A DNA stretch of 32,000 nucleotides from Candidatus Moranella endobia PCIT. GTDB lineage: Bacteria; Pseudomonadota; Gammaproteobacteria; Enterobacterales; Enterobacteriaceae. Made by a program: the position numbers and the translations under genes. Every line of letters starts with the position of its first letter. Position 1 is the stretch's first letter. The stretch lies in assembly GCF_000219175.1 (NCBI RefSeq), contig NC_015735.1, positions 210,001 to 242,000 of the forward strand. The letters run 5' to 3'. Below the pieces are notes generated by a model, which was not told the DNA's origin, searched no databases, and saw nothing but the letters and a program-made list of their open reading frames with translations. Shown piece after piece: positions 20,160-30,097 of this stretch.

Positions 20160-20248
20160 CATAACCAATTATGTAAAATTAACTATGAGCCATGGGTATG
20201 GCAAAAATTTAAACTAAGAAGAAAAACATTAGAGGAAATTCAGAGGGA

Positions 20249-21688
20249 ATGATGATTAATAAATTAAAAACTCAGGTCGTAGTACTTGGGGCAGGCCCTG
20301 GTGGATATTCCGCGGCATTCCGCTGTAAAGATTTAGGACTAGATACCGTCTTGGTGGAACGTTATCCTACCCTGGGTGGAGTTTGTTTGAATGTTGGTTG
20401 TATTCCTTCCAAAGCATTATTGCACGTCGCTAGAGTGCTTGAAGAAGCAAAGGCAATCAGTAAAAACGGTGTCGTTTTTGGTGAACCAAAAACTGATCTC
20501 GATAAAGTTCGTACCTGGAAAGAAACATTGGTCAAGCAGCTGAGTGTCAATATTAGCAGCATGGCAAAATTGCGCAAGGTCAATATAATACACGGTTATG
20601 GTAAATTCATTGGCACTAATCATTTGCAAATAGAAGGTAATAATGATACAACAGTAGTCAACTTCGACCAAGCGATCATTGCTGCTGGCTCCCGACCTAT
20701 ACAATTACCATTTATATCCCATGAAGATTCCCGCATATGGGACTCTACTGATGCGCTTGCTCTAAAATCAGTACCAAAGCGCTTGCTCGTGATTGGTGGA
20801 GGGATCATTGGTTTAGAAATGGCAACAATTTATAACGCGCTAGGCTCAAAAATAGATGTTGTAGAAATATTCAATCAGGTTATCCCACCGGCAGATAAAG
20901 ATGTGGTGCAAATTTTTACTAAGCAAATTAGTTCCAATTTTAATTTAATGCTTGAAACCAAAGTAACCACAGTAGAAACCAAAGCAGACGGAGTTTATGT
21001 CAGCATGGAAGGGAAAAATATGGCAGCAGCAACCAAGATCTATGACGCTGTGTTGGTGGCTATCGGCCGTGTGCCGAACGGCACACGGCTCGATGTTGGC
21101 AAGGCTGGGGTGGAAGTAGATGATCGTGGTTTTATCAATGTTGATAAACAAATGCGTACTAATGTGCCAAATATCTACGCTATTGGCGATATCGTCGGCC
21201 CGCCCATGTTGGCACACAAAGGCATCCATGAAGGCCACTTAGCGGCAGCAGTAATTGCTGGCAAGAAACACCATTTTGAACCAAAAGTTATTCCGTCTAT
21301 CTCCTATACCAATCCGGAAGTTGCATGGATAGGCTTAACGGAAAAAGAAGCGAAAAAAACAGGAATTCGCTATGCAGTCGCCACTTTTCCGTGGGCTGCC
21401 TCCGGCAGAGCAATTGCTTCCGCTTGCCAGGCAGGTATAACAAAGCTAATTGTTGATACTGACAGTAATCGGGTGATTGGCGGCGCGGTAGTAGGAGCTA
21501 ACGGTGGCGAGCTACTGGGAGAAATAGGCCTAGCCATTGAAATGGGCTGTGATGTAGAAGATATAGCGTTGACCATCCATGCACACCCTACTCTGTATGA
21601 ATCCATTGGTCTAGCAGCAGAAGTTTACGAAGGAACCATTACCGACCTTCCTAACAACAAATTAAAGAACAATAGCAATTTACTTTAG
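20249..21688 (+). CDS. lpd: Dihydrolipoamide dehydrogenase (E3)
   Basis: VVVLGAGPGGYSAAFRCKDLG, GGVCLNVGCIPSKALLH, AIGDIVGPPMLAHKG and TIHAHPTLYES present. An alternative ATG is at 20252. Confidence 0.98.
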   Translation: MMINKLKTQVVVLGAGPGGYSAAFRCKDLGLDTVLVERYPTLGGVCLNVGCIPSKALLHVARVLEEAKAISKNGVVFGEPKTDLDKVRTWKETLVKQLSVNISSMAKLRKVNIIHGYGKFIGTNHLQIEGNNDTTVVNFDQAIIAAGSRPIQLPFISHEDSRIWDSTDALALKSVPKRLLVIGGGIIGLEMATIYNALGSKIDVVEIFNQVIPPADKDVVQIFTKQISSNFNLMLETKVTTVETKADGVYVSMEGKNMAAATKIYDAVLVAIGRVPNGTRLDVGKAGVEVDDRGFINVDKQMRTNVPNIYAIGDIVGPPMLAHKGIHEGHLAAAVIAGKKHHFEPKVIPSISYTNPEVAWIGLTEKEAKKTGIRYAVATFPWAASGRAIASACQAGITKLIVDTDSNRVIGGAVVGANGGELLGEIGLAIEMGCDVEDIALTIHAHPTLYESIGLAAEVYEGTITDLPNNKLKNNSNLL

Positions 21689-21749
21689 TTCTGTTGAAGT
21701 AGAACAACAGGTAGATATCAACATCATAAACTTTTTTGAAAATAGAAGC

Positions 21750-22007
21750 TCACAGAGAAAAATGTTTTTCCTTACGCAAAATATAACGATATGGTAATTG
21801 TTTTGTGGCTTGTGATAGCAAAGTATGCTCCATAAAACGACAGAAAATAGGAATATCGCGTATGGTGGCTGGATCATCGGCGATAATAAGTAAGGTCTGT
21901 CCGCAATCTATACCGCGCACTGTTTTGCGAACCATCATGACTGGTTCTGGACAGCGCAGGCCGCAAACATCCAATGTTAGATCAGTGTCGGTAAAAGAGT
22001 AAAGCAT
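21750..22007 (-). CDS. tusA: Sulfur carrier protein TusA
   Basis: From the internal Met: [61 protein letters not shown]; conserved Cys in GLRCPEP. The upstream 37 codons of the ORF-track call overlap the cysG 3' end and are unlikely to be coding. Confidence 0.95.
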   Translation of the reverse strand: MLYSFTDTDLTLDVCGLRCPEPVMMVRKTVRGIDCGQTLLIIADDPATIRDIPIFCRFMEHTLLSQATKQLPYRYILRKEKHFSL

Positions 22008-22051
22008 AAATAACGTCCATAAAAATAACTTAGTTAAATCTTGTATATCGT

Positions 22052-23479
22052 TTAATCTTTCATCTCCACTACAGAAGACGTACGTTTGTAAGATGTCAGG
22101 TTTTGCTGACCAAACCAATTAATTTCATGATGAAGAGAAACGACTTCGCCTATCACTAGCAAGGCGGGGGTTAATGCCCCCTGTGCCAGGGACTCTAGTT
22201 CTGCTAGAGTACCGATATGTACGCATTGGTCACTTTGGGTTCCGCGACTTATTACTGCCACAGGAGTTTGTGCCGATCTGCCATGGTAAATTAGTTTACT
22301 ACTTATTTCAGCTGCGTTGAATACTCCCATGTATATTGCAAGCGTCTGGCTAACTCGTGCTAGCGCCTGCCAATCCAAGTCCGCTGCGCCGTCTTGCATA
22401 TGCCCAGTAATCAAGGTAAGGCTTTGAGCATATTCACGGTGGGTTAGCGGAATACCGGCATAGGCGGTTGCACCAGAGGCAGCAGTGATGCCAGGTACGA
22501 CCTGAAATGGTATACCCAATGCAGCCACCGCTTGCATTTCTTCGCCACCGCGACCGAAAATTAATGGATCGCCTCCTTTGAGCCGTACGACCTTTTTGCT
22601 TTGTTGCGCTAGAGTAACTATGAGCAGGTTGATCTCCTGTTGCGACATCGATATCGACTGTGAGCCGGCGCGCTTTCCTACGCAGATCTGGTCTGCCTCA
22701 CGACGCACCATGTCAAGTATTTCCTGGCTGACTAGATAGTCATAAAGCACAACATCAGCTTGTTGTAATAATTGTAGTCCGCGTAGTGTTAATAGTCCAC
22801 TATCACCGGGACCAGCACCGACTAGTGCTACCTCGCCTACATTTTCTGGATTAGCAGATAGGGACAGCTCTAGCTCTTGTTCTGCTTGTTCCAGCCGTCC
22901 CCGTGATATCAGATTAGCAAAGCGACCATTGAGCACTTTTTCCCAGAATCTTCGGCGTCCGGCCATGCTGCGAATATGCTGCTTTACTCTACCTCGCCAT
23001 GTACCTGCCATAGCCGCCATTGGACCAAGAAAATTCGGTAGCATAGATTCAAGCTTCTCACGCAGAACGCGCGCTAATACCGGTGCCATACCACCAGTGG
23101 AAATAGCTACCACGATTGGGGTACGATCAATAATAGCAGGAAAAATGCATGAGCAGTGCTGCTTGGTGTCTACCACGTTGATCAACAGATGACGTTGTTC
23201 TGCGCACTTTGCAACTATGGAGTTTAGCTTTTTATTACCGGTGGCGGCAATAACTAGAAAAACATCATCCAGCATTGCTGGTTCAAAAGATTCTCCTATC
23301 CAGGATAGTCCGCCGGCATGGTAAATGTTTGTAAGCATTGGACATAGTCCTTGAGCAGAAACACGAATTTGGGCGCCAGCACGCATTAATAGTTGAATTT
23401 TACGTGCAGCAACATCGCCACCGCCAACTACTAATACCGGACGTTGCCTAAAATCAGCAAATATTGGTAAATATTTCAC
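22052..23479 (-). CDS. cysG: Siroheme synthase (bifunctional dehydrogenase/ferrochelatase and uroporphyrinogen-III methyltransferase)
   Basis: [61 protein letters not shown] and [23 protein letters not shown] present. The GTG at 23477-23479 best matches the family start (xxYLPIF); the ORF track starts 10 codons earlier. Confidence 0.94.
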   Translation of the reverse strand: MKYLPIFADFRQRPVLVVGGGDVAARKIQLLMRAGAQIRVSAQGLCPMLTNIYHAGGLSWIGESFEPAMLDDVFLVIAATGNKKLNSIVAKCAEQRHLLINVVDTKQHCSCIFPAIIDRTPIVVAISTGGMAPVLARVLREKLESMLPNFLGPMAAMAGTWRGRVKQHIRSMAGRRRFWEKVLNGRFANLISRGRLEQAEQELELSLSANPENVGEVALVGAGPGDSGLLTLRGLQLLQQADVVLYDYLVSQEILDMVRREADQICVGKRAGSQSISMSQQEINLLIVTLAQQSKKVVRLKGGDPLIFGRGGEEMQAVAALGIPFQVVPGITAASGATAYAGIPLTHREYAQSLTLITGHMQDGAADLDWQALARVSQTLAIYMGVFNAAEISSKLIYHGRSAQTPVAVISRGTQSDQCVHIGTLAELESLAQGALTPALLVIGEVVSLHHEINWFGQQNLTSYKRTSSVVEMKD

Positions 23480-23668
23480 AGCAATCTTTCTAATATTGTT
23501 GATTAACACATTTGGTCATTTTGCCTTGCTTAGCCGCTTAGCCAGTTCTGGGAGGGGGAACCAAGTAATGGCTTAAACGACCGCAATAACAACCTGAATT
23601 TAATTACAGCCGCTCATAAATTGCGTGCGAGCCTAAAATAAGTATAGTATGCAGCGGTATTATCAATT

Positions 23669-24403
23669 TTAACTTTCATGCAAGCCACATTCGCGTTTTA
23701 GCCCAAAGAAGCGCGTTTCTTCCTCATTCATACCTGACTCAAACTTACGTGTAGTTTGTATATCACCTACTGATACATATCCCCTTTCCCACAGTGGGTG
23801 ATAGCTTAGGCTATTACTGGTAATATATTGATACACTTGTTGATTATCCCAGTCAATAATCGGCAAAAGTTTGAACACCCCACGCTGAATCGTTAACACT
23901 GGTAATTGAGAGCGGCTGTAGGACTGCTCGCGCCGCAAACCGGCAAACCAAGTCTTTGCACCAAGAGTAGCTAACGCGCGGTTCAGCGGTTCTACCTTGT
24001 TGATTTGGTTATAGCGCTCAATACCCTCGATACCCTGTTCCCACAGTTTGCCATAGCGCGCCTCTTGCCAAGCTGGCGAAATACTAGCGCTAAAAATTTT
24101 CAAGTTGAGCCCCAGCTCCTCAGTTAGCTCATCTATAAAATGGTAGGTTTCCGAGAATAGATAACCAGTGTCAGTGAGAATAACCGGAATATCAGGAAAC
24201 TGGCGAGTTACCATATGCAGACTAACAGCAGCCTGAATACCAAAGCTAGATGAAAGCACAATTTGCTTAGGTAGCTTTTCTAGCGCCCAAGCAACCCGTT
24301 TCTCCGCGGTTTTGCATTCTAACTGCTTATTAATAGTAGACAAAGCGGCAGTTTGTTGCGCTTTATCAAGCGCAGTTAATTCGCCAAGATCCAAATCGCT
24401 CAT
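23669..24403 (-). CDS. cysH: Phosphoadenosine phosphosulfate (PAPS) reductase
   Basis: 244 aa. [30 protein letters not shown] and C-terminal [13 protein letters not shown] present. Confidence 0.96.
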   Translation of the reverse strand: MSDLDLGELTALDKAQQTAALSTINKQLECKTAEKRVAWALEKLPKQIVLSSSFGIQAAVSLHMVTRQFPDIPVILTDTGYLFSETYHFIDELTEELGLNLKIFSASISPAWQEARYGKLWEQGIEGIERYNQINKVEPLNRALATLGAKTWFAGLRREQSYSRSQLPVLTIQRGVFKLLPIIDWDNQQVYQYITSNSLSYHPLWERGYVSVGDIQTTRKFESGMNEEETRFFGLKRECGLHES

Positions 24404-24417
24404 GCTGTCCTCTCTGG

Positions 24418-26121
24418 TTAATCGTAAAAATCGCGTGCCGAATCTACTACTGGACGTACTATTCCAGCTCGGACTACATAATCGCCGTAGGATTCCTGCG
24501 GATTGCGCTCACGCGCCCAGCGGCCTATGGTGTCATCAATAATATTCAGTATATCGTTTTCGGTAATATTTTCTCGATACATGCGCGGAATACGGGTACC
24601 GGCACTATCACCACCTAAATACAAGTTATAACGACCGATAGCCTTACCAACCAGCCCAATTTCCGCGAGCAGCGCGCGCCCACAGCCGTTCGGGCAGCCG
24701 GTAACACGCAGTATAATCTCTTCTTCTGCTGACAGCCCGTGACCAGACATAATGTTTTCCACTTTACTAACAAACTGAGGCAGAAATCGTTCCGCCTCAG
24801 CCATGGCAAGCGGACATGTAGGAAAAGCTACGCAGGCCATGGATGCCTTACGCTGCGCGGTGACACCATCATTAATCAGCCCGTGCCGCCGAGCTAGTGC
24901 TTCAATAACTGCTTTATCCGTATTATCGACCCCTGCGACAATCAGGTTTTGGTTAGCGGTCAGACGGAAATCACCTTGATGGATACGGGCTATTTCTGCC
25001 AAACCAGTTTTTAGTGTTCGGTTTGGATAATCAAGGATGCGGCCATTTTCAATAAATAGCGTTAAGTGCCATTTATGATCGATCCCCTTAACCCAGCCGA
25101 AGCGATCACCACGTTCAGTAAAGGAATAAGGACGCACAGGAGCAAATATTACGCCTGTGCGCATTTCTACCTCTTTCCGAAAAGCGTCGACACCTTTCTG
25201 CTCAAGGGTATATTTTGTCTTTGCATTTATTCTATTATAACGATCGCCCCAGTCACGCTGTGTTGTAACCACCATTTCAGCGATTTTAAGTGTATCTTTC
25301 AGGTCAACAAAGCCGAATTCACTGGCTTTACGCGGATAAGTACTCTTATCACCGTGAGTCATTGCAAGACCACCACCCACCAGTACGTTGAAGCCCACTA
25401 GTTGACCATTATCGCTAATAGCAACAAAATTAAGATCATTAGCATGCAGATCCACATCATTTAATGGTGGAACAACTAACGTGGTTTTGAATTTACGCGG
25501 CAAATATGTAGGACCAAGGATTGGTTCATGATCTGTAGTTTCGGTTTTTTCGCCATCTAGCCAAATTTCAGCATATGCTCTGGTTTTCGGTAGCAGATGT
25601 TCAGATATTTTTTTAGCCCATTCCCAGGCTTGTTGATGCAGCACCGACTCAATGGGATTAGATGTGCACATGACGTTACGGTTTACGTCGCCTGCGGTAG
25701 CAATAGAGTCTAGTCCCAAGCGGTGCAGTAATTGATGCATGCCTTTCAGCTTTGACTTAAGCACACCGTGGAACTGGAAAGTTTGCCTGGTAGTCAAACG
25801 GATACTACCGTATAAAGTTTCTTCAGCAGCAAATGCATCAATGCCTAACCATTGTTGCGGCTTGATCACTCCACCAGGAAGACGACAACGCAGCATCATG
25901 CTGATCAACGGCTCTAGTTTTGCTTCTGCACGCTCAGCGCGCAGGTCACGATCATCTTGCTGGTACATGCCATGAAAGCGGATTAGCTGAAAATTATCAC
26001 CATTGAAGCCACCAGTTATACCATCCTGCAGATCCTGCACGATGGTGCCACGCAAAAAATTGCTTTCGCTTTTTAAGCGTTCGTTGTCGGAGCATTTGAA
26101 TTTCAGTTGTTGTTCACTCAT
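24418..26121 (-). CDS. cysI: Sulfite reductase (NADPH) hemoprotein beta subunit
   Basis: [38 protein letters not shown] and cluster/siroheme motifs [18 protein letters not shown] and [15 protein letters not shown]. The ATG at 26119-26121 is preferred over the upstream TTG. Confidence 0.97.
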   Translation of the reverse strand: MSEQQLKFKCSDNERLKSESNFLRGTIVQDLQDGITGGFNGDNFQLIRFHGMYQQDDRDLRAERAEAKLEPLISMMLRCRLPGGVIKPQQWLGIDAFAAEETLYGSIRLTTRQTFQFHGVLKSKLKGMHQLLHRLGLDSIATAGDVNRNVMCTSNPIESVLHQQAWEWAKKISEHLLPKTRAYAEIWLDGEKTETTDHEPILGPTYLPRKFKTTLVVPPLNDVDLHANDLNFVAISDNGQLVGFNVLVGGGLAMTHGDKSTYPRKASEFGFVDLKDTLKIAEMVVTTQRDWGDRYNRINAKTKYTLEQKGVDAFRKEVEMRTGVIFAPVRPYSFTERGDRFGWVKGIDHKWHLTLFIENGRILDYPNRTLKTGLAEIARIHQGDFRLTANQNLIVAGVDNTDKAVIEALARRHGLINDGVTAQRKASMACVAFPTCPLAMAEAERFLPQFVSKVENIMSGHGLSAEEEIILRVTGCPNGCGRALLAEIGLVGKAIGRYNLYLGGDSAGTRIPRMYRENITENDILNIIDDTIGRWARERNPQESYGDYVVRAGIVRPVVDSARDFYD

Positions 26122-27950
26122 CAATATACATCCCGCTGATAACGGCGCTCAAGGCGCAGCTCACTTAAAAATTCATCCGCCTGATCGAGGTTCATACCCC
26201 CATGCTTAGCGACTACCGTAACGAGCGCTTGCTCGACATCACGGGCCATGTAATTGGCCTCGCCACAAACATAAATATGAGCACCATGCGTGATCCAACG
26301 CCATAATTCAGCACCATTCTCGCGTACTTTATCCTGTACGTAAATTTTACCTGCTTGATCCCGTGACCAAGCTAGATCTATTTTTGTTAGAATACCTTCT
26401 TTCGCATAGCGCTGCCATTCAACCTGATACAGAAAGTCATCGGTAAAATGGGGATTTCCGAAAAACAGCCAGTTTTCTCCAGAGGCACCATCTGCCTTGC
26501 GTTGTTGCAAAAACGAGCGGAACGGCGCAATGCCGGTGCCAGGCCCAATCATAATTACCGGCGTATTAGGATTTTCAGGCAGACAAAAGTTATCGTTATG
26601 CTCAATAAACACCCGCAATACACCGCCTTCTGGCAGTCTATCTGCTAAATAACCGCTGGCACCACCAGTACGTAGCCTACTCTCGATTTCAAATCGTACC
26701 ACGCCAACAGTAATATGTATTTCTGCACCTACTTCTGCCTGTGACGATGCAATAGAATATAGGCGTGGCGTAAGCGGGCGCAGCAGTCCTAAAAGCTGAT
26801 CTGAGCAGATGTCAATAGGCACATGTCGTACCATATCGACAATTGGTGTAGTTTGCGCAAACTGTTGCAATTTAGCTTTATCTGCAACTATAGCCAACAG
26901 CGCTTTATCCTGCGCTAAATAGGCATAATGTTCTACTATAGCTGGGGTGTTTTGCGTCAGCTCATAATATTTTTGTAGTGCCTCGCTGAGAGACAGCGTC
27001 TGCCCCGAAACTTTGACTTGTTCGTCGTTTTTTAGACACAGTAGCGCTAGCAATTCGCAAATCAGAGCTGGATCATTTTCGTACCATACTCCAAGCGCAT
27101 CGCCCGGCTTATAATGTAGTGCGGAATCTCCGAGATCAATTTCAAGATGGCGCACATCTTTTAGCGACTGCCGGCTAGTTATTTTCTGACGCACCAATAG
27201 ATACGCGCTTAGCGGTGTTTCTTTGGTGTAAGGATTGAAATTTAACTTATTGTTATGGTCATGGTCACTAAACGTCTTTTGTTGCTCTGGGCTAGCGATT
27301 ACTGCAATTAACTTCAACCGATCTACCATCGCTGTGCGCCAAGCCTCAGCTTGCACCTGGTAGTCAACATCAGCATCAACTCGATCATATAAACGCTGAG
27401 CTCCTAACTCCTCTAGTCGACGATCGAAATCTTTGCCAATTTTCGCAAAATGCTCATAGGAACTATCACCTAATCCGAACACAGCAAATTTGGTATCAGG
27501 CAACGCTGGTGCCTTTTTCGAAAAAAGATATTTATATAGCGCGACCGCCTCTTCTGGCGGATCCCCATCCCCATGAGTGGAGGTGACGACTATAAGCAAT
27601 TTCTCCTGGGCAATCTGTTTAAATTTATAATCGCCAGCGTTAATTAGAACGACATCAAGCTGAGCGGCGACTAAATGGTCACGCAATTGCTCCGCTAGAC
27701 GTCTTGCATTGCCGGTTTGCGAGGCGCTAAGCAAAGTAATAGGTACCGTCGCCGCAGCAACGGCGCCTACATGCGGCTGTGCCGGCGCTGCCAGCAACAA
27801 AGGTTGATCTTCTGCCGACACACGCCCCCAAAAATAACCGGCAAGACAAGCTAATTGCAGGGAGGAAAAATCCCTAGTAGCTTCCTGCAAGCGACTCAGC
27901 TGCTCAGAACTTAACGGCAAAGCTGTAGTAAAATGAACCTGTTTTGTCAT
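26121..27950 (-). CDS. cysJ: Sulfite reductase (NADPH) flavoprotein alpha subunit
   Basis: 609 aa. [56 protein letters not shown] and C-terminal RRYQRDVY. The stop and the cysI start share TGATG. Confidence 0.97.
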   Translation of the reverse strand: MTKQVHFTTALPLSSEQLSRLQEATRDFSSLQLACLAGYFWGRVSAEDQPLLLAAPAQPHVGAVAAATVPITLLSASQTGNARRLAEQLRDHLVAAQLDVVLINAGDYKFKQIAQEKLLIVVTSTHGDGDPPEEAVALYKYLFSKKAPALPDTKFAVFGLGDSSYEHFAKIGKDFDRRLEELGAQRLYDRVDADVDYQVQAEAWRTAMVDRLKLIAVIASPEQQKTFSDHDHNNKLNFNPYTKETPLSAYLLVRQKITSRQSLKDVRHLEIDLGDSALHYKPGDALGVWYENDPALICELLALLCLKNDEQVKVSGQTLSLSEALQKYYELTQNTPAIVEHYAYLAQDKALLAIVADKAKLQQFAQTTPIVDMVRHVPIDICSDQLLGLLRPLTPRLYSIASSQAEVGAEIHITVGVVRFEIESRLRTGGASGYLADRLPEGGVLRVFIEHNDNFCLPENPNTPVIMIGPGTGIAPFRSFLQQRKADGASGENWLFFGNPHFTDDFLYQVEWQRYAKEGILTKIDLAWSRDQAGKIYVQDKVRENGAELWRWITHGAHIYVCGEANYMARDVEQALVTVVAKHGGMNLDQADEFLSELRLERRYQRDVY

Positions 27951-28145
27951 GGAAGTAGGCAGTTCCTTCTGTCATCAAGCCTGTAAACACCACCAGGTTA
28001 TATAAGCATACCTATTCTAGGCTACACAATAAAGAACAAGATATGAATCATAAATAACTATAACATCGATTGCGGATCACCGTACTACTAACTATCAAGA
28101 TATGGCATTTTTGCTACATAGCAGATCAGTAGTACGAACTTATAC

Positions 28146-29441
28146 CTAACATTTAAGTTCAGGCATACCGTTGAAAGGCGCACGTATCCCAAGGTATTCT
28201 TCAATGCGAAGAAGCTGGTTGTATTTTGCCAAGCGATCAGAACGACTCATCGAGCCGGTTTTGATTTGGCCAGCAGCTGTTCCTACTGCAAGATCGGCGA
28301 TAGTAGCATCTTCGGTTTCACCAGAACGGTGAGAGATAATGGTTTTATAACCAGCATTTTTTGCCATCCTGATCGCCGCTAATGTCTCTGTCAGTGAACC
28401 AACCTGGTTGAATTTAATCAGGATGGCGTTAGCGATACCTTTGTCTATACCTTGTTTTAGCAGGCTAGTATTAGTTACAAATAGATCGTCACCTACTAGC
28501 TGAATTTTTTCTCCTAGCACTTTGGTTTGGTAAGCAAAACCATCCCAGTCGGACTCATTAAGACCATCTTCAATAGAAAAGATTGAATACTGTTTAGTCA
28601 GATCTTCTAGATAATGGGTGAATTCCTGCGAGGTAAAAGTTTTGCCTTCGCCAGGCAGGTTATAGTTGCCGTTTGAATGGTCAAATAATTCGGAGGCCGC
28701 GCAGTCAATTGCCAGGACGATATCTTTACCAAGCAAGTAACCAGCTTTCTCTACCGCTTCCTGGATAGCGGCCAATGCTGAGGCGTTGGATATAACGTTT
28801 GGCGCATAGCCGCCCTCGTCGCCTACTGCGGTACTCATCCCTTTACTTTTTAAGACTTTGGCAAGAGAGTGGAATACTTCTGAACCTATGCGCACTGCCT
28901 CTTTAAAAGTTTTTGCAACAACAGGCAGGATCATGAATTCCTGTATGTCAACGTTGTTATCAGCATGTGCACCACCATTAAGAATGTTAATCATCGGTAG
29001 CGGCATGGAAAATTTCCCTGGAGTACCATTCAGCTCCGCAATATGTTCATATAGCGGCATTCTTTTGGATAATGCAGCGGCTTTTGCAGCTGCAAAAGAC
29101 ACAGCGGCAATCGCGTTGGCACCAAACTTAGATTTGTTTGCGGTGCCGTCAAGTTCAATTATGGTTTTATCCAATGTAGCCTGAACTTTTGCGTCTTTAC
29201 CGGCCAATGCCTGAGCAATAGGACCGTTTACTGCAGCAACCGCTCTAGTAACACCTTTGCCTAAAAAACGTAATTTATCTCCATCACGTAATTCTAGCGC
29301 TTCAAGCGAGCCAATAGAAGCACCTGATGGTGTTGCAGCTAATCCAACAAAACCACCATCAAGATGCACTTCTGCTTCTACGGTTGGATGTCCACGGGAG
29401 TCAATAATTTCACGGCCAATTACTTTGACAATTTTTGACAT
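28146..29441 (-). CDS. eno: Enolase
   Basis: 431 aa. [65 protein letters not shown] and C-terminal [12 protein letters not shown] present. Confidence 0.98.
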   Translation of the reverse strand: MSKIVKVIGREIIDSRGHPTVEAEVHLDGGFVGLAATPSGASIGSLEALELRDGDKLRFLGKGVTRAVAAVNGPIAQALAGKDAKVQATLDKTIIELDGTANKSKFGANAIAAVSFAAAKAAALSKRMPLYEHIAELNGTPGKFSMPLPMINILNGGAHADNNVDIQEFMILPVVAKTFKEAVRIGSEVFHSLAKVLKSKGMSTAVGDEGGYAPNVISNASALAAIQEAVEKAGYLLGKDIVLAIDCAASELFDHSNGNYNLPGEGKTFTSQEFTHYLEDLTKQYSIFSIEDGLNESDWDGFAYQTKVLGEKIQLVGDDLFVTNTSLLKQGIDKGIANAILIKFNQVGSLTETLAAIRMAKNAGYKTIISHRSGETEDATIADLAVGTAAGQIKTGSMSRSDRLAKYNQLLRIEEYLGIRAPFNGMPELKC

Positions 29442-30097
29442 TAGTATTTCCTCAGTACAAGTGAAAATATAATTTCTAACAGACGAAACGTAAGCGGTTG
29501 GGTTTATTCATAGCTTGTTGTTGGTTAAGCATTTGCCAGCGAGACCGGAAAACACCACTTAATCCAATATCCAATGGCACAATAAAAACAGCCGTAAAAA
29601 TTGTTTTTCTGGAATATGCGTGAGGTATTAATATTATTAAATAATCCCAGCTACCCTACAGTACAAATGTAATTTTGTTGTATCTTAGCTGTATTTTAAC
29701 TTAAATATCATGGAGATAAATTTATTATTACCTAACCCGTTTATTATCCTGCTAAACATGATGCTCCTATATTTATTATAATAGCTAATCACAACTTTCT
29801 TAGAGTTAATTTATTATTGTTGCATCATCAGCAAATGATACGTAGTCACGAGCAAGTTCAGTGTAAGTATTTTAGTAACCAAACGCTGTAATATCTATGA
29901 TTATAATCTTAGTATTACCTACATCAGGTTTTAGCAGTATAGTTGACATTTACTTATAATTTATCAAAACTTATTAAAAATAAAATAATGATGATTATGC
30001 CCATGTTGTTATAATGAAATTTTGATTGTTTCTATGCCGTTATAATCATCAAATTCCACATATTTTTTACTGATTAGGTTAAAATAAAACATCAACT

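Noticed and set aside
21680-21877. 65-aa minus-strand ORF beyond tusA
   Set aside because: It overlaps both the tusA 3' end and the lpd end in a different frame and reads like random A/T-rich translation.
26448-26648. 66-aa plus-strand ORF
   Set aside because: Antisense to cysJ, with no support.
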